A stretch of DNA of 64,000 bases from Octopus sinensis (lineage: Eukaryota): positions 165,106,001 to 165,170,000 of the forward strand of contig NC_042998.1 of NCBI RefSeq assembly GCF_006345805.1, given 5' to 3'. The translations under genes were made by a program, and so were the position numbers. The notes beneath the pieces are model-generated. The model searched no databases. It was not told the origin of the DNA and saw nothing but the letters and a program-made list of their open reading frames with translations. How positions within the stretch are numbered: position 1 is the stretch's first letter; every line of letters begins with the position of its first letter. Of the stretch, positions 38,391 through 52,957 are shown in pieces.

Positions 38391-40959
38391 TATTATTGTT
38401 GTGGTTGTTGCTGTTGTTTCTTAAATACATGCAAGATCAGAAATTTGAGGAAGGATAGAGTAGAAGAAAGTTTAGATTCTTAGATATTAATATAAATATC
38501 TACTAAAATTGGTAGAAATATGTGAGGGTGGGGGTATTTTAAAAATATGTTAGAATCAATGCAAACTTTTGAACTTGATTCCTCGAATTATTTTCGAAGC
38601 CGAAGTGCATCCTTATGGCCGCTTAAAGTCTTGAGGAATTGTGATTAGCACTTATTCTCACACACCTTCTGCTATCAAGATTCTCCTTGTATTAAGATGG
38701 TATTGAATTGTGTCTAACATAAACAAATCAGTCTTTGCAAAAGAAACGAGTCTCACTAGCAGCACGTAAAAATATAAAGACTTAATCTTCAGTTAGGTGC
38801 AAGCCTCAAATGTACGGCTGAGAGTGAAAATATAAAATAAAAGAAAAATTTGTGAACTGGACTCACCGAGACGGTGAAAATATTTTCGATATTAGCTTTA
38901 TGACACTAATGAGCTTCAATTGAGGCAACTTATTGTCATGAGGGTTTGAATATTTCAGCCTTCAATTATAAACTTATTGACTTGTATTAAAATAATACTG
39001 AATTCTACGTAGCATAAGAAATTCAGTCCTTTACAATAAACTTTTTTCTTTCTCTTTTTGTCATCTGTTCATCCCACGCACTCAATTAGATTTACATTAG
39101 CTACTATCATCTAATATTAAGATAAAAAAAAAAAGGACACACGTTCTATTTCTCACCATCGTTGCCGGTATTACTTCAGATGTTGTTTAATTTCAATAAA
39201 TTCATTATTGCCTATTTCCTTTGCTCTTCAAAATTAGAGGGTATTCATTAGATTTCTGCAACAGTGATACATAATTATCTAGCATGTAAGCTTTCTTTCA
39301 TTCAAGTGAACTATAGCCAAAATGTCTGCACGAAAGGGACAAAGTTAACTCATATTACATATTAATGTAGCATATTTCAATGTAAATATATTTTTTCTTT
39401 ATATTTTCTTTATATATTTAATAAAATTTAGAATTTAGAATATGTAGTATTTTCCTTCTTTTAAATTTTCCAATACATCTTTCTATTATCAACAATTTTT
39501 TAAGTATATTTTCCTCAGTGAGTAAGGATTTGCATTTCAGTATTTTTTAAACCCTATTTTGAAATATCTATATTCCACACCATATCTCTTTTCTCAAAGA
39601 TATCTGACAGTTTCAGCGTCAATATTTCTGACTTATTGAAATAAAAGATGGAAAAAGCTCCTGGAAAATGATAAGTTTACAAACTAAATAGAAATGATTT
39701 AACTGCAAATGTTAAACTTCGTAAAAGTTTTCAGCAAACAAAATAGACGTGTTTAGATGTGTTCCATACCTATAAAGTTACAGTTGATACATAGTTTCGA
39801 ATCTGCTCTGATCGAGGAAAACAAATCACGAGAGGCACTCCCACCGTGACAATCTCGTCTTCATTTCAGTCGTTGTATACGGTTGCACTGTCAAATGTGT
39901 TCTATTTGCCACCTCGAAGTTTAATTTCAAGGACATTCAGCTGCTATTACTAGCAGGTCTAAGGCCCGTTTAATAAATCACTTTGTTATTTATATGGGAA
40001 AGGTTGGTTGTTCTACTTGGCAAATTTTTAATGTGCCTTAATTCTAAGATAAGATTGAAAAGAAACATTGTGTTACTAAGCACCTGCTTCGATATAAACA
40101 CGATGGAATTCGACATTACTTTCAGTAGCAGCCAAAACACCGAAATATTTATTCAACATTGAAATTAAAGAAAATGTCAACGAGATAAGATAAATTTATG
40201 TGGTATAAAGGGTAAGATAACATTTTAGCTATTTTACGTAATCCATTGTATGGTGCACTATAGAATACAACATAATTCTAGAGAACCAACAAGGATGCTC
40301 TTGTCAAAAAATGAGCCTCTCATTGGTCAAATCTCCCACAAATTACACACTATCGTCTTGTTAGTGACAGAATAGATTATATAATAAACGTCTAGATATA
40401 CAGACACACCTGCCTCAGAAAAGAAATCGAATCGGGTTGAGAGAAATGCTTTCGAGCTTACCGAACTTGCTCTGAAAATACTTCTGTTATTCCTTTCGGC
40501 TGGAATATTTTTTGCAACATGAATGTGGTGATGGCGAGGTACAGACTTTAACTATCTACTGTGCGTGGCATTGTCCTCAATTGAATAACGATGGAATTAT
40601 CGGTGAAGGAAGCGGCCTCACCATTTACATTGATTAATAAAAGCTAAGGTTTGCAATAGTTTTATTAAATAAATAGAAATATAAAATAGCTTGCTAAATT
40701 AATATAACAAATTTGCTTCAACGTTTATTATAGTTATATCCTTCCATTAGAAATTAAAATCACTGCAACTGTTCAAAAATAGTTTTAGGCGCAAATATGG
40801 AACAGATACCTGTAATATTGTAAAGATTATTTGGTGACCCCTAACATCTGTTCGTGTGTGTATATAATAGTTCACATAAACATGCACTAACATGCTCAAA
40901 TGAGCACATACACACATTTACAAATACAAATGCATAGAAATACATACACTGACACTTCG

Positions 40960-41258
40960 TCAGTTATATCGACATGGGTTCCAGTCGATCTAATCGACTG
41001 AACCGCCTGCTAGTGAAATTAACGTGCAAGTGGCTGAGCATTCCACAGACACGCAGTTCTAATGGAGATTCAGCGGGACACATAATGTGACAAGGTAGAC
41101 TCTTTGAAATACATGTACAACTCATTTTTGCCATTTGAGTGGACTGAAGCACCGTGAAATAAAGTGTCTTGCTCAAGGACACAAAGAGCCGCCTGGTATC
41201 AAACTCACGATCTTATGAACAATAACCAAATTATCTAACTATTATACCACGTGCTTTC
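40960..41258 (-). mobile_element. tRNA-derived SINE family E with conserved-type central domain
   Basis: Minus strand tgtgtccttgagcaagacactttatttcacg..agtccactc..ggcaaaaatgag; related fragment near 32870-32960. Confidence 0.7.
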
Positions 41259-42090
41259 GCTCATATATGCATTAACACATACACGAACGCCGAAAATACG
41301 CATATACATACATATACACACAGTTCATGCATATTTAATGTTCATAACATACCCATTCAACCGTTTTATTTAAAGTGTAACATTTTGCAATTTCTTTCTT
41401 ATATATTTCAGATACCATTATATTGAAACCATTGCTTAGTCCAATGTCATGTTCTAATCGATCAGAATGAAAATGGTGCTTTATCATAGGTCACGCCTTG
41501 ATTGATCTGATCGAAACTTACTTAGCACTATTTCGTTCGATGATCGATCAGACCTATATGAAACATTGGCACCTAGTGTTGGCATTATTGCGTATATTCT
41601 CAGACAAAGCCCAGATACAACGGAGGTCATATTGAACTACATTATACTGTAATGGAGAGAATCTTCTCATTTCTGTTCTTATGCTTGATGGAGCCGTCTG
41701 TCTGCACTTTTCACTTATACAGGAAAATTCGAAAATCTGTTCCTTCGGAACAAAATCTTGCAGCTTGTTCTATTTCCACGTTTCTATATACATTATAAAT
41801 GTTATATATACCGGTATTTTAATCGATTCTGTTTCAAGTGCATATATCGATTTATATCTAGCTTGGCTAGATTGGTTTATTTACCGATTTATATATAAGA
41901 ACAGTTTTTTTCAATTTGGCTTAGAATATCCGAGGTATTCGCCACCGAAGAAACCAAATTAAGTCGAGACCTCATATTTAGTGACACACTGGCCATTCTG
42001 AGCGAAGCCCTACGTTATTTAAACGCACTAGTCGCTTTGAAAAATTTTCCTCAGACAAAATATTACAACTAGTGCATTTCCACAGTTGTA

Positions 42091-42123
<33 letters not shown>

Positions 42124-42719
42124 CAAAATTTCACCACAAATGCTGGCCGACCTTCGCCTGCTGTTGCTACATTTCAATGCTTTTTACACTACGTGCCTTT
42201 AAGAGATACTTTCTCGTGGTGAATACCTCAATTTATAACACTTTCAACATAAACACACTTAAAAAAATATAGGAAAATGTGTTTGCACCTAAATTTCAAA
42301 AACTCGTAAATGCTTAAAATACATTTATTTACATATATACCAAACTAGTTTCAACAATGTGTTTTGTTTATCAATGGTTATGAATTAGAAAAACATGTTT
42401 AAAAGTTTCAATGTTGACAAATTAAATGTTTCAATGTTGATAAATTAACATGTTCAAAACAGATAAATTTAGCATTGTGAATTAGGAGGACAGGTGTAAG
42501 TTTGAATGTTCATAGCAGTCAATAATATTAAAATTGTATATCAATATGTTTGAATGTACAAAGATCATTGATTTTAGTGGTGGTCGACAAGTCATACCGA
42601 AAAAAAGGGTGAAATGAAAATAGTAAAAAAAGGAATTTGGTTTACAGTTTCTCTGATCCTCTTCTAGTAGACGCTTTTGCATGTAATGGTATGTTTTGGG
42701 ATCAGATGTATTTATCATT

Positions 42720-43322
42720 TTTCTGCGAGCGGATCTAATTCATTACAATACTGATAACGTCTTTTCCGTGGTCAAGCTTATCGTTCTGCTTGGTTGGTTT
42801 CCCTGTGGAGACGGTCATAAGTCGTTCCAGTTGCTTGGTTCTCTTAAAGGGTCATTTCTTTGTATTTGTTGAAGTTCGGCTTTGATTAGTCTGGAGTTAG
42901 GTGACGTCAGCAACTGGTGTTTGTATGGTATTTTGGAGTTGTGGTTTCGGAACCCTGGTGGAAGATTGTTACTAAATTTTTTTTTAAATTTTTTGTTGTT
43001 TCTGGTGTTTTTTGTGTTGAAATTGAGTCTTTTTCTTTTCTTTTTTCTTCTTTCTAAAGGATATTCAGCTGTGGTTTATATTTTTTAATCAGTATGTTTC
43101 CCTTATTTACACGGAACTGGGTTGAAGTGTTTCCAGTGCATTGATAGAGAGGGAGGATTTGGTATTTATGGTTTATGTCTACAGGGCATTGGTCTAGGTG
43201 CTTGCTTACGGGAATTTTCTTCGTGATGAGTCCCGGATTTGTTGCCTGTGCACCGTAAGTCTATCCCTTAAAGTTAAGCTAGTTTGACCAATGTAGCCAC
43301 CACCACAACTTCCACATTTGAG

Positions 43323-43327
<5 letters not shown>
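42720..43327 (-). mobile_element. Penelope-like element 3' fragment (GIY-YIG core plus 3'UTR)
   Basis: VLKCGSCGGGYIGQTSLTLRDRLTVHRQQIRD then one frameshift to PVSKHLDQC..ILPLYQC..LIKKYKPQLNIL* (stop 43054-43056). Confidence 0.85.
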
Positions 43328-43389
<62 letters not shown>

Positions 43390-43393
<4 letters not shown>

Positions 43394-44120
43394 GTATCTG
43401 CACGCTGTACCTTGAAAAACAGCCGCAAGAGAGGTAAGCCCTGTTCACTGTGCAACAACATGAGTCAAGTGAATTTCATCAGGAATCATAGCAGAAATGT
43501 TATGATTTATACTGAAGGTGGGACATGTAGAGATTCTCTTTTGGTGTATGTGGCAGAATGCACGAAACACAACTTGATTTATGTTGGTTGTACAACTGAA
43601 CAGTTAAACAAAAGGTTTAATGGGCACAGATATGACGTCAGACACAACAGCAGTAGTTCGATAGAACTTGTCGAACATTTTGCTTCAAACGGCTGCAATT
43701 TTGAAAAAGACTTCAAAGTGCTTATTCTCAGAAAATATTCTGAATCTGTTTCACTTTCACTTCTCAAAATGCCTGATATTGAATTAAAAGACAGGAGCAT
43801 ATCATCAAATTTATATAAAACTGATTGATAAAAATATCCTTTTTTTTCCTTTCTTTTTCTTTACTCTTTCTTTCTATCTCATTTCTGTCTTTTTCTGTTA
43901 TATAATTGAAACTTAAAAGACTGATGATGTCATTCCATCAACGTATGGGCGCTGGTTGCTCTCGTTCATACTTAAGATTTAAATTTCTATAATTTTGAAT
44001 TTTTATCACTTCTTATTTTGAACTCGACAAAGACAGACTTACTGTCGAAATATCGTTCAAATAATACAATATCTATTACAATCGAATCGCGCTCTTCGTC
44101 TTGACTGTTTACCTTTGTGA
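43390..44120 (+). mobile_element. Penelope-like element 3' fragment, second family (GIY-YIG ORF 43412-43828, 3'UTR with HHR relics)
   Basis: PCSLC..TCRDSLLVYVAECTKHNLIYVGCTTEQLNKRFNGHRYDVR..ELVEHF; relic ctcgacaa-a-gacag-actta-ctgtc-GAAA at 44023-44050. Confidence 0.85.
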
Positions 44121-44187
44121 AGAGTTACGTCACTGCTTTTGAAATATTATCATTATTATTATTATTTATTATTATTATTATTATTAT

Positions 44188-44249
<62 letters not shown>

Positions 44250-44793
44250 CTGGTGCTGGTGCTGGTAGTAGTAGTAGTAGTAAGTGTCGGAGTCATTTTT
44301 GTCAACATCTACAAGTAATTTTGTAAATATATGCATGGAATCAGAACTGCAATACTGTGAAATGTTAAACATGAAAGCGTACATTATACATAAAAAGAAT
44401 CAGTGTATGGTGACAAGGTTGAGCTGTAATGTTACACTGAAGCTGAAGTTAATATCATAAAGACAAACATTTGATATTTGAAGTCAGTTCTGGTACTGCG
44501 TCTACTTGCATGAAGTGCTTTGAGGAATTTAGTAGTCTCTTATTGCACTGCACACCAAGTTCATCTCCGAGAGTGGGTGACTTCACCTTTTAACTTTTTT
44601 AGGTCGGTGAAATAGATAATAGTAACAGAGGTCGATTTCATCGATAAAACATATGGCTTTCTACGCGTTTTATAAAACTTTAATGATTGCCATTTATCTC
44701 CCAGTGGGCCATACATACATACATGTATACAAACACACACACATATGTATACATATCTGTATATCTATATACACACACACACATATATATATA

Positions 44794-44827
<34 letters not shown>

Positions 44828-44960
44828 CATACATACATACATACATACATACATGCATACATGCATACATACATACATACATACATACATACATACATAC
44901 ATACATACATACATACATACATACATACATACATACATGGTGGTGCTCTAAGTTGATATA

Positions 44961-45001
<41 letters not shown>

Positions 45002-45002
<1 letters not shown>

Positions 45003-45235
45003 GGCGCAGGAGTCGATGTGTGGTAAGAAATTCTTTTCCCAACCACGTGATTCCGGATTCAGTCCCACTGCGTGGCACCTTGGGCAAGTGTCTTCTACTT
45101 TAGCCTCGGGCTGACCAAAGCTTTGTGAGTGGATTTGTAGACGGAAACTGAAAGAAGCCTGTCGTACATATATATGCGCCTGTGTGTGTGTGTGTGGGTG
45201 TGTATGTGAGTGTGTGTGTTTGTGCGCGTGTGTGT
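45002..45235 (+). mobile_element. SINE family B, 5' half
   Basis: aggcgcaggagtcgatgtgtggtaag...gaaactgaaagaagcc. Confidence 0.85.
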
Positions 45236-45628
45236 ATCGCAGATTTTTGCGGTCGACAGGTACCTATGTTTGTTTAGATTTTAATTATTTATGTGGTTAA
45301 GTAAACATTTCCACGCCTAAAAGTTAATTAGTTAATAAATAAAAATACAGTACGATACTGTACTGTATAACACATTAATTAAAATATATTACAAGAAAAT
45401 ACGTAGTGTACTGTAGATGAGTAGACAAAGAATCGCACATACTGTATGGTAAACGAAACAAAGGAGGCGAATGTGTGGTATCGTTTTGCATTTATAATAA
45501 AATAATTATTTACAAATTATAAAAATAATAAAAAATGATACACAGTACTCTACTGTTTCTACTTCGCGGATTTTCGCCTATTGCGTGGGGTTTTGGAGTG
45601 TAACTCCCGCGATAGCCGAGAGGTTACT
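45235..45628. mobile_element. pogo/Tigger-like MITE, left end eroded
   Basis: Right end cttcgcggattttcgcctattgcgtgggg...cccgcgatagccgagaggttactg followed by TA. Confidence 0.65.
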
Positions 45629-46694
45629 GTAGTAGCACTCTCTTGTAGCTATGATCACATTGTTGGAGCTAACTCATGCTCTTTGCCGCCGATTCTCATT
45701 ACAGTCAAGATGTCAACTTCATTCAAACTTTCGTTGCTTACTGCGGTAATATTCTTGCTCCAGTCTTAAAATTTTTTTTGTGTTATTCTGATTATCTCCT
45801 TGGTCCTTCTGATTACATCCATGGTGCTAACTCTCGTTATAGTCTCTATATTATGCTATCTTCTTGTTTCTTACTGTCTTTGCATTTTATGCTAACTCTG
45901 ATCACCCAGTTGCGGGCATCTTCGCTTGCTTTAGCATTACTAACACTGATCTCTCTATAACTCGCAGCGATTCATTTTACTACCCATTTGTCGTTGTTGC
46001 TGTGGTCTTATTCATTTATTTTTTATTTCTTTATTGAATTATAGTACTAATACGTTCTTTAAATTTTGAAGTTACTTCCTTTACTGGGAATCCCAAATTG
46101 AAGAGATAACTTGAGTATGAAAAAAATCTATAAGTCCGTATATCTCTACTAAACACTGATGGTACTGGATAACTTTTTGTGCATATTTCCATATATGTAT
46201 GTATGTATGTATGTACGTATGTATGTATGTATGTATGTATGTATGTATGTATGTATGTATGTATGTATGTATGTATGTATGTATGTATGTATGTATAAAT
46301 GTATGTGTATTTTTCAATGTGTAAAAATAACACGGAAAAAATAAATAGTTACCAGGGTAACAAATATTCACATAAGTGCGAAGGATGTTACAGCCTACAT
46401 ATAAAGGTAGAAATGCCAGGGTTTAGAGAAAACATTTTTGATTAACATAGATAAATTAAGAAATGGAGTTAAACGCAGGTGTTATTCAAATCTGTATACT
46501 TCCGACATATGTTTCGAAGATAACATTGGTATTATTCCCTAGGGAATAAACTGATGTAAAACAATGTAAGGGAAAAAAGAGAAATAAAACACATCAATAA
46601 GCTATTTTTACCGAATGTGATTACCGCGTATATGATGAAGGGAACGTTGGCAAGTTATTTTTTAAAAAACCGTTAATAGATTTAACATCAATAT

Positions 46695-46776
<82 letters not shown>

Positions 46777-46947
46777 GTGTGTGTGTGTGTGTGCGTGCGT
46801 GTGTGTGTGTGTGTGTATACCAAAGTAAGTACATAAATATGAGACAAGTTGGAACAAAATAGTACTCGAATATCGGAGGTAGAGTAACATCCTTTATTAT
46901 TACTAAAGCAGCAAATACATCACAAAAATATCATAAAAACTGCTACT

Positions 46948-47042
46948 CAGAGTTTCATGTTCTCGTTTGTCGGATAGTTTGGATTGAGATTTAGATTCTC
47001 AATCTAAAGTGTCCGACGAACGGAACGTGAAATTCTGATGTA
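46948..47042. repeat. 90-bp hairpin made of two inverted hammerhead relics
   Basis: About 42-bp arms 46948-46989 / 46997-47037; right arm CCGACGA-acg-gaa-cgt-GAAAT; left arm on minus CCGACAA-acg-agaa-cat-GAAAC-tctga-GTA. Confidence 0.8.
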
Positions 47043-47054
47043 TATATATATGCA

Positions 47055-48090
47055 TATATAAGTGTCCACTTAGTGGAACCTGTCTAGTACTGGGGTCGCG
47101 TATTTATTGTCGGTGAATGGTCAGTCTGTTTCTTAGAGTAAGCTTTGTTTCACCTATGTAATCTTCATTAACTCCTTAACATTTGATAGAGTATCTTATA
47201 TTCCTTGAAGAACATGTAGAGTTATTTTTTCCTGATTTAAATTTGTATGTTGTGTCTTCATTAAGGTTGATGCAGGTCATGCAGTTAGGATGGCTACAAT
47301 TTTTGACTGTTGGTCTATGTTGGACACATAGACATATGTCCAAAAATATGCCCTCCAAATTCCAGGTCTTCCCACTCAACCTATGTTCTACGAATACCAC
47401 AGATGAAGCACAGATAAGCAAAGAAAATACTTTCATACAAAAGTCGAAACTAAGACTTAACAAACTTTAACAGAGAACATGCACAAATAACTATTGACAC
47501 ACAAAACTCATTCTACCACTTGTCATGAGGAAGCTATACAGCTAACAACCTAAACATTAGCCACCGGACTTCATAGAAACGTCTCCTGTCCACTCTCCCA
47601 CCAGTCAGATCAAATTTCGAGTGCTTTAACTATGACTAAACGTGTTCACTCAACGGTGTCCACCTTCTTTTTAGATGCAAAATATATTGTCACGTGTCAT
47701 TAATGCACAGACGTAACGGGAAACGTAGAAAAGGTTCTAAACTTAATCATGTGTTCATCCTCGTTTGGACATGTTCAGTCAACGGTGTTAGCCTTAACTA
47801 AACATTGTCACATGACACAAACACAAGCACGTAGCGGGGAACGTACAAAAATTTCTAAGACCAGTCATGTGACTATCCTCTAGCAATCAAACCCTATTCA
47901 AAACATATACTAATTTGAGCCATGAACTCCCTATAGAAATAGGGCAAGCTTCAAACACTATTCGCAAGAAAGACTTACACAACTTCTTTCTATTCGAACA
48001 TTTTTAAAATCTGTGTAAAAAGGGAAACCGGTTAAAGCTTTAAATATATTAATAAAGAATATTTTAACTATTCTCAGTGCATTTTCAACT
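47055..48090 (+). mobile_element. Penelope-like element with inverted 5' segment
   Basis: Minus 47320 to 47060: VKNCSHPNCMTC..TCSSRNIRYSIKC*..YIGETKLTLRNRLTIHRQ*IRDPSTRQVPLSGHL; plus 47321-47470: GHIDIC..KFQVFPL..KENTFIQKSKLRLNKL*; 3'UTR with two about 130-bp tandem units at 47640-47880. Confidence 0.85.
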
Positions 48091-48161
48091 TATATATATA
48101 TATATATATATATAACATATAGGTATACATAAGCATATGTATATATATATATATAATATAC

Positions 48162-48558
48162 TCTTTACTCTTTTACTCTTTTACTTGTTTCAGTCATTTA
48201 ACTGCGGCCATGCTGGAGCACCGCCTTTAGTCGAGCAAATCGACCCCAGGACTTATTATTTGTAAGCCCAGTACTTATTCTATCGGTCTCTTTTGCCGAA
48301 ACGCTAAAACGGAGACGTAAACACACCAGCATCGGTTGTCAAGCAATGCTAGGGGGACAAACACAGACAAACAAACACACACATACATATATATATATAT
48401 ATACATATATACGACAGGCTTCTTTCAGTTTCCGTCTACCAAATCCACTCACAAGGCATTGGTCGGCCCGGGGCTATAGCAGAAGACACTTGCCCAAGAT
48501 GCCACGCAGTGGGACTGAACCCGGAACCATGTGGTTGGTTAGCAAGCTACTTACCACA
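48162..48558 (-). mobile_element. SINE family B, nearly full length
   Basis: High identity to 6620-7028. Confidence 0.9.
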
Positions 48559-48562
48559 TATT

Positions 48563-48600
<38 letters not shown>

Positions 48601-48605
<5 letters not shown>

Positions 48606-49359
48606 GCGATGACTAAATTCTGCAAAAATGAAAATAACACTGACATCTCATTTTAACAGATATATTTATCAAATCACATAAAAATATCTTGAAATACTAG
48701 AGAGTAAATTTAGTCAATAAAATCACCATTGGCTTCAACTACGCCCTCCAGACGACTTCGGAATCTCCTGAAACTCGTCTGGACTGTCTCCTTGCTTAAG
48801 ACTGTCTCCTTGCTTAATCCTGGCCTTCAGTTCATCTTTGGTGTTACAAGGAATTATTTTGGTCTCTCATTTAACTGCGCCCCACCCATAGTAATCAGCG
48901 GGGTTGCAGTCTGGGGAGTAAGTGGCCAGATTTTACGTGTGATGTGGTCACATAAATTATTTGACAGCCATGACTGGGTTCTCCTGCTTGTGTGGCATGG
49001 TGCAGAATCCTGTTGCCAGATATAGGGTCTTCCAGATCATGTGGGAAGATGAATCGAGATATTACATCGCAATCACTATTGATCATTCATAGCACCATGA
49101 ATTTAGATGGCTGGATGTTTGATTTTTATCACTCTCGATACATCTTAGATTGCAATGTCCTCAGATTGACACACAAACACTCTGAAATATTCGTATCGGA
49201 GCTTCCGGCACGAATGACAGGCAGTTCAGCAGCCTGTTTCCAAATTCAGGCAGATTGAATTGCGTCATGGTGTTGTTTTACTCACAGAAGGTGCCCAACA
49301 GACCCTACTATATTGTATATTCTAAAAAATCAAAAACAAACAAATCGCATGCACGAAAT

Positions 49360-49365
<6 letters not shown>
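48601..49365 (-). mobile_element. Non-autonomous maT-type mariner copy 2
   Basis: GRPYIWQQDSAPCHTSRRTQSWLSNNLCDHITRKIWP.NSPDCNPAD (D37D after one frameshift); 18-bp slippage duplication gactgtctccttgcttaa. Confidence 0.85.
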
Positions 49366-49395
<30 letters not shown>

Positions 49396-49508
49396 CCTGC
49401 TCGCTTAGCCAGCGGGGTGGCGTCATTCGAAGGCTAAAACAATGCGAACGCATTGTGACCAGCGATGTGTGGCAGCATCTGATGGTCTGGTCGATCACGG
49501 TGATCACA

Positions 49509-49582
<74 letters not shown>

Positions 49583-50683
49583 TGTGTGTGTGTATGAATG
49601 TATGTATGTATATACATATTATAAAATGTCAGTAGTAATTATTCCAGACTGCTAGAAATTACTGAATGATAACAAACAATAGGTAATCGAGAAGCTTTTA
49701 TTTTCTTCTACATTTCTAAGACAGTATCACCCCAGATTATTCTCCTAGTTATTTTGTATCTTGTTTTTCGTCTTAAACTCACTCTCATATTGCGCGAGTA
49801 TATCAATTGTTTCTTTTAAGCGTGTACGTATGTATGTATGCATGTATGTATGTGTGTTTGTGTATAATATATATATATTTATATATGTATATATATAGAT
49901 AAATAGTTATAGATAGATATATAGATAGATTTGTAGATAGATACGTGTATATATATATGTGTGTGTGTGTGTGTATGTGTGTGTGTACGAATATGCATAT
50001 GTGAGAAAACAAGAAAGCTGTTTAATAGCCCAGATTGCCAATCGTTCACTCATTTCAAACATATACTGGAAGAGAAATGTGGTGTAAGAAGTAATATAGG
50101 AAATAATTTCAAAAAAAAAAAAAAGAAAGAAAGAAAAGAAAAAAAAGAAAAACAAAAAACAATATGGGTAAGATTAATATTATGTGGAAATAAATAAGAC
50201 CGAAAGATAACTCTGGGTTGAAACCATTTTTATTGATTTATATATATATGTATATATCTATATATATATATATATATATTCCAGTTATTTTTTTCTGTTT
50301 GATAATGATGAACATGGTGAGTAATATAGCAGAAATTATTTATCACACGGGCAACAAACGGTCAGGAAAAACTATCTAGATATCAATTTTGTCTCACACT
50401 AGAACAGATTTTTCGGAGCAACTCACCAATGACTTTGGCACGGTACTGTCTATCGCCTTAATATTTTTATTGAAAAATCTATAACCAGACCTTTCTCAGG
50501 TGATAACATCAATTATTTAACCATAAATCCAACGAAGAAAACTCACAGGAAGTAAAAAAATATATATATAATTTTTATTTGGTTAATATTAGAAGAAAAA
50601 TACTCAAACACACGCATACACATTAACACACATTCCAATACACACAAAATATAAATTCACGTACAGGATAACAGGATATGAGC

Positions 50684-50717
<34 letters not shown>

Positions 50718-50875
50718 ATTTGTACATTTGTAAAATAATATTGTAGCACATGTGCTATTATATTGATATTTTATTTATAAGACACAGACACACACACAGT
50801 TGCACGTCTATGAAATTGTTTATAAATTTGATTTAAAATCAAATGTGCGTATACATATATGTTTATATATATATG

Positions 50876-50940
<65 letters not shown>

Positions 50941-51470
50941 ACATACATACATACATATATACATATATATACATATACATATATACACTTTCACACACAC
51001 ACTCACACGTGTGTGCATACATACATACACACTCACACACAGACACACATATGTATATATATATATAGATACATGCAAACACTAATACACATACCCGCAC
51101 ACACACATATGTATATAAATAATTACATATACTCATATATGTATATACGTATGAATATACTAAAATATTAATTCTATGTAAGTTTCAATCTGTACCCTGT
51201 AATCTTCTTTCTTTTTCTTACCGTGTATCTTTCCTCTGGGTCCCTTCATTCCTCTCTCTCTCCCTCTCTCCTTTTTTCTCTCTCTCTTTCTCTCTGAGCT
51301 CTCTTCCACTTTGCATACGTGTACACATACAAACACACAAAGACACATATTTTTGTGTGTTTGTTATTAATCTGTTTCCGTGTGATACCATTTGCCTGTC
51401 ACTCTATCAGTACACACACACAAGCACACTATGGAGTCGAGGTAAAGAGACAGACAGACAGACAGATAGG

Positions 51471-51538
<68 letters not shown>

Positions 51539-51890
51539 GAGATAGAGAGAGACAGAGAGACAGAGAGAGACAGAGAGAGACAGAGAGAGAAAGAGAGAGA
51601 TAAATGTACTATATTTCTAAATTGTATTCATACACTTGTGAACGCATATGCATACACAATTGTGTGAATACAGTTTAGAAATTTTCATTCTATGTTTCTT
51701 ACATGAAATATAATAAAAATATAATAAAAAAGCCCATCGGACGCAAAAGTATGATGATCGTTTGAACTGCAGTGTCAAGGAATGCTATCTTGCAATTTCC
51801 ATGGTAACACTCGTTTCGCAAAAGACATCGATTATTCGGAAAACGATAACAACACCATAATCAAGATCATCATAAACAACATTAGAATAC

Positions 51891-52269
<379 letters not shown>

Positions 52270-52270
<1 letters not shown>

Positions 52271-52445
52271 GTAAGCTGGTAGCGTCGTCAGCACGCTGGT
52301 TTTTTTCTGGCTTTACGTAATGAGTTTTTGCCTTTTTATTCATCCGGGGTCGATGAAATAAGTGCCAGTTAAGCACTGAGTCGGTGTAATCGATTAGTTC
52401 CCCTCCATCCTCAAATTGAAAGCCTTGTGCTTCTAATACGTAAAA
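52270..52445 (+). mobile_element. Degenerate SINE family A (second head at 52572-52630)
   Basis: catccggggtcgatgaaataagtgccagttaagcactg. Confidence 0.65.
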
Positions 52446-52905
52446 GGGCTGGAAGGATTTAGAGGAGAAAAAGTATTTCTTGCTGGTATAGTTCTGTTGT
52501 TTCTCAGTCTCGGCCTTTATTTTACAGTTATTGTACAGCCTTATTGCGCAGCATTATGAATAAAAACTTTTAAGGTAGCGAGTTGGTAGAATCGTCATCC
52601 CGCCGAGCAAAATGATTAGCGGCATACTCCACACACTCATACGCATACATACATACATACATACATACATACATACATACATACATACATACATACATAC
52701 ATACACACATACATACACGTTCACACACACACATATACACGCATATTATATCAAAAACTGATAGTCTATTCAAAGTTTCCTCCCGACTCTGTGCGAAAAT
52801 CTGTCAACTGTTGATATAAATAAACAACAATCTGATTTTGATACCAAACAATCTTTGAACAGCGTGAATTAGACTTTTAATATGTTACAACTCCTACATT
52901 ACAAC

Positions 52906-52954
<49 letters not shown>

Positions 52955-52957
<3 letters not shown>

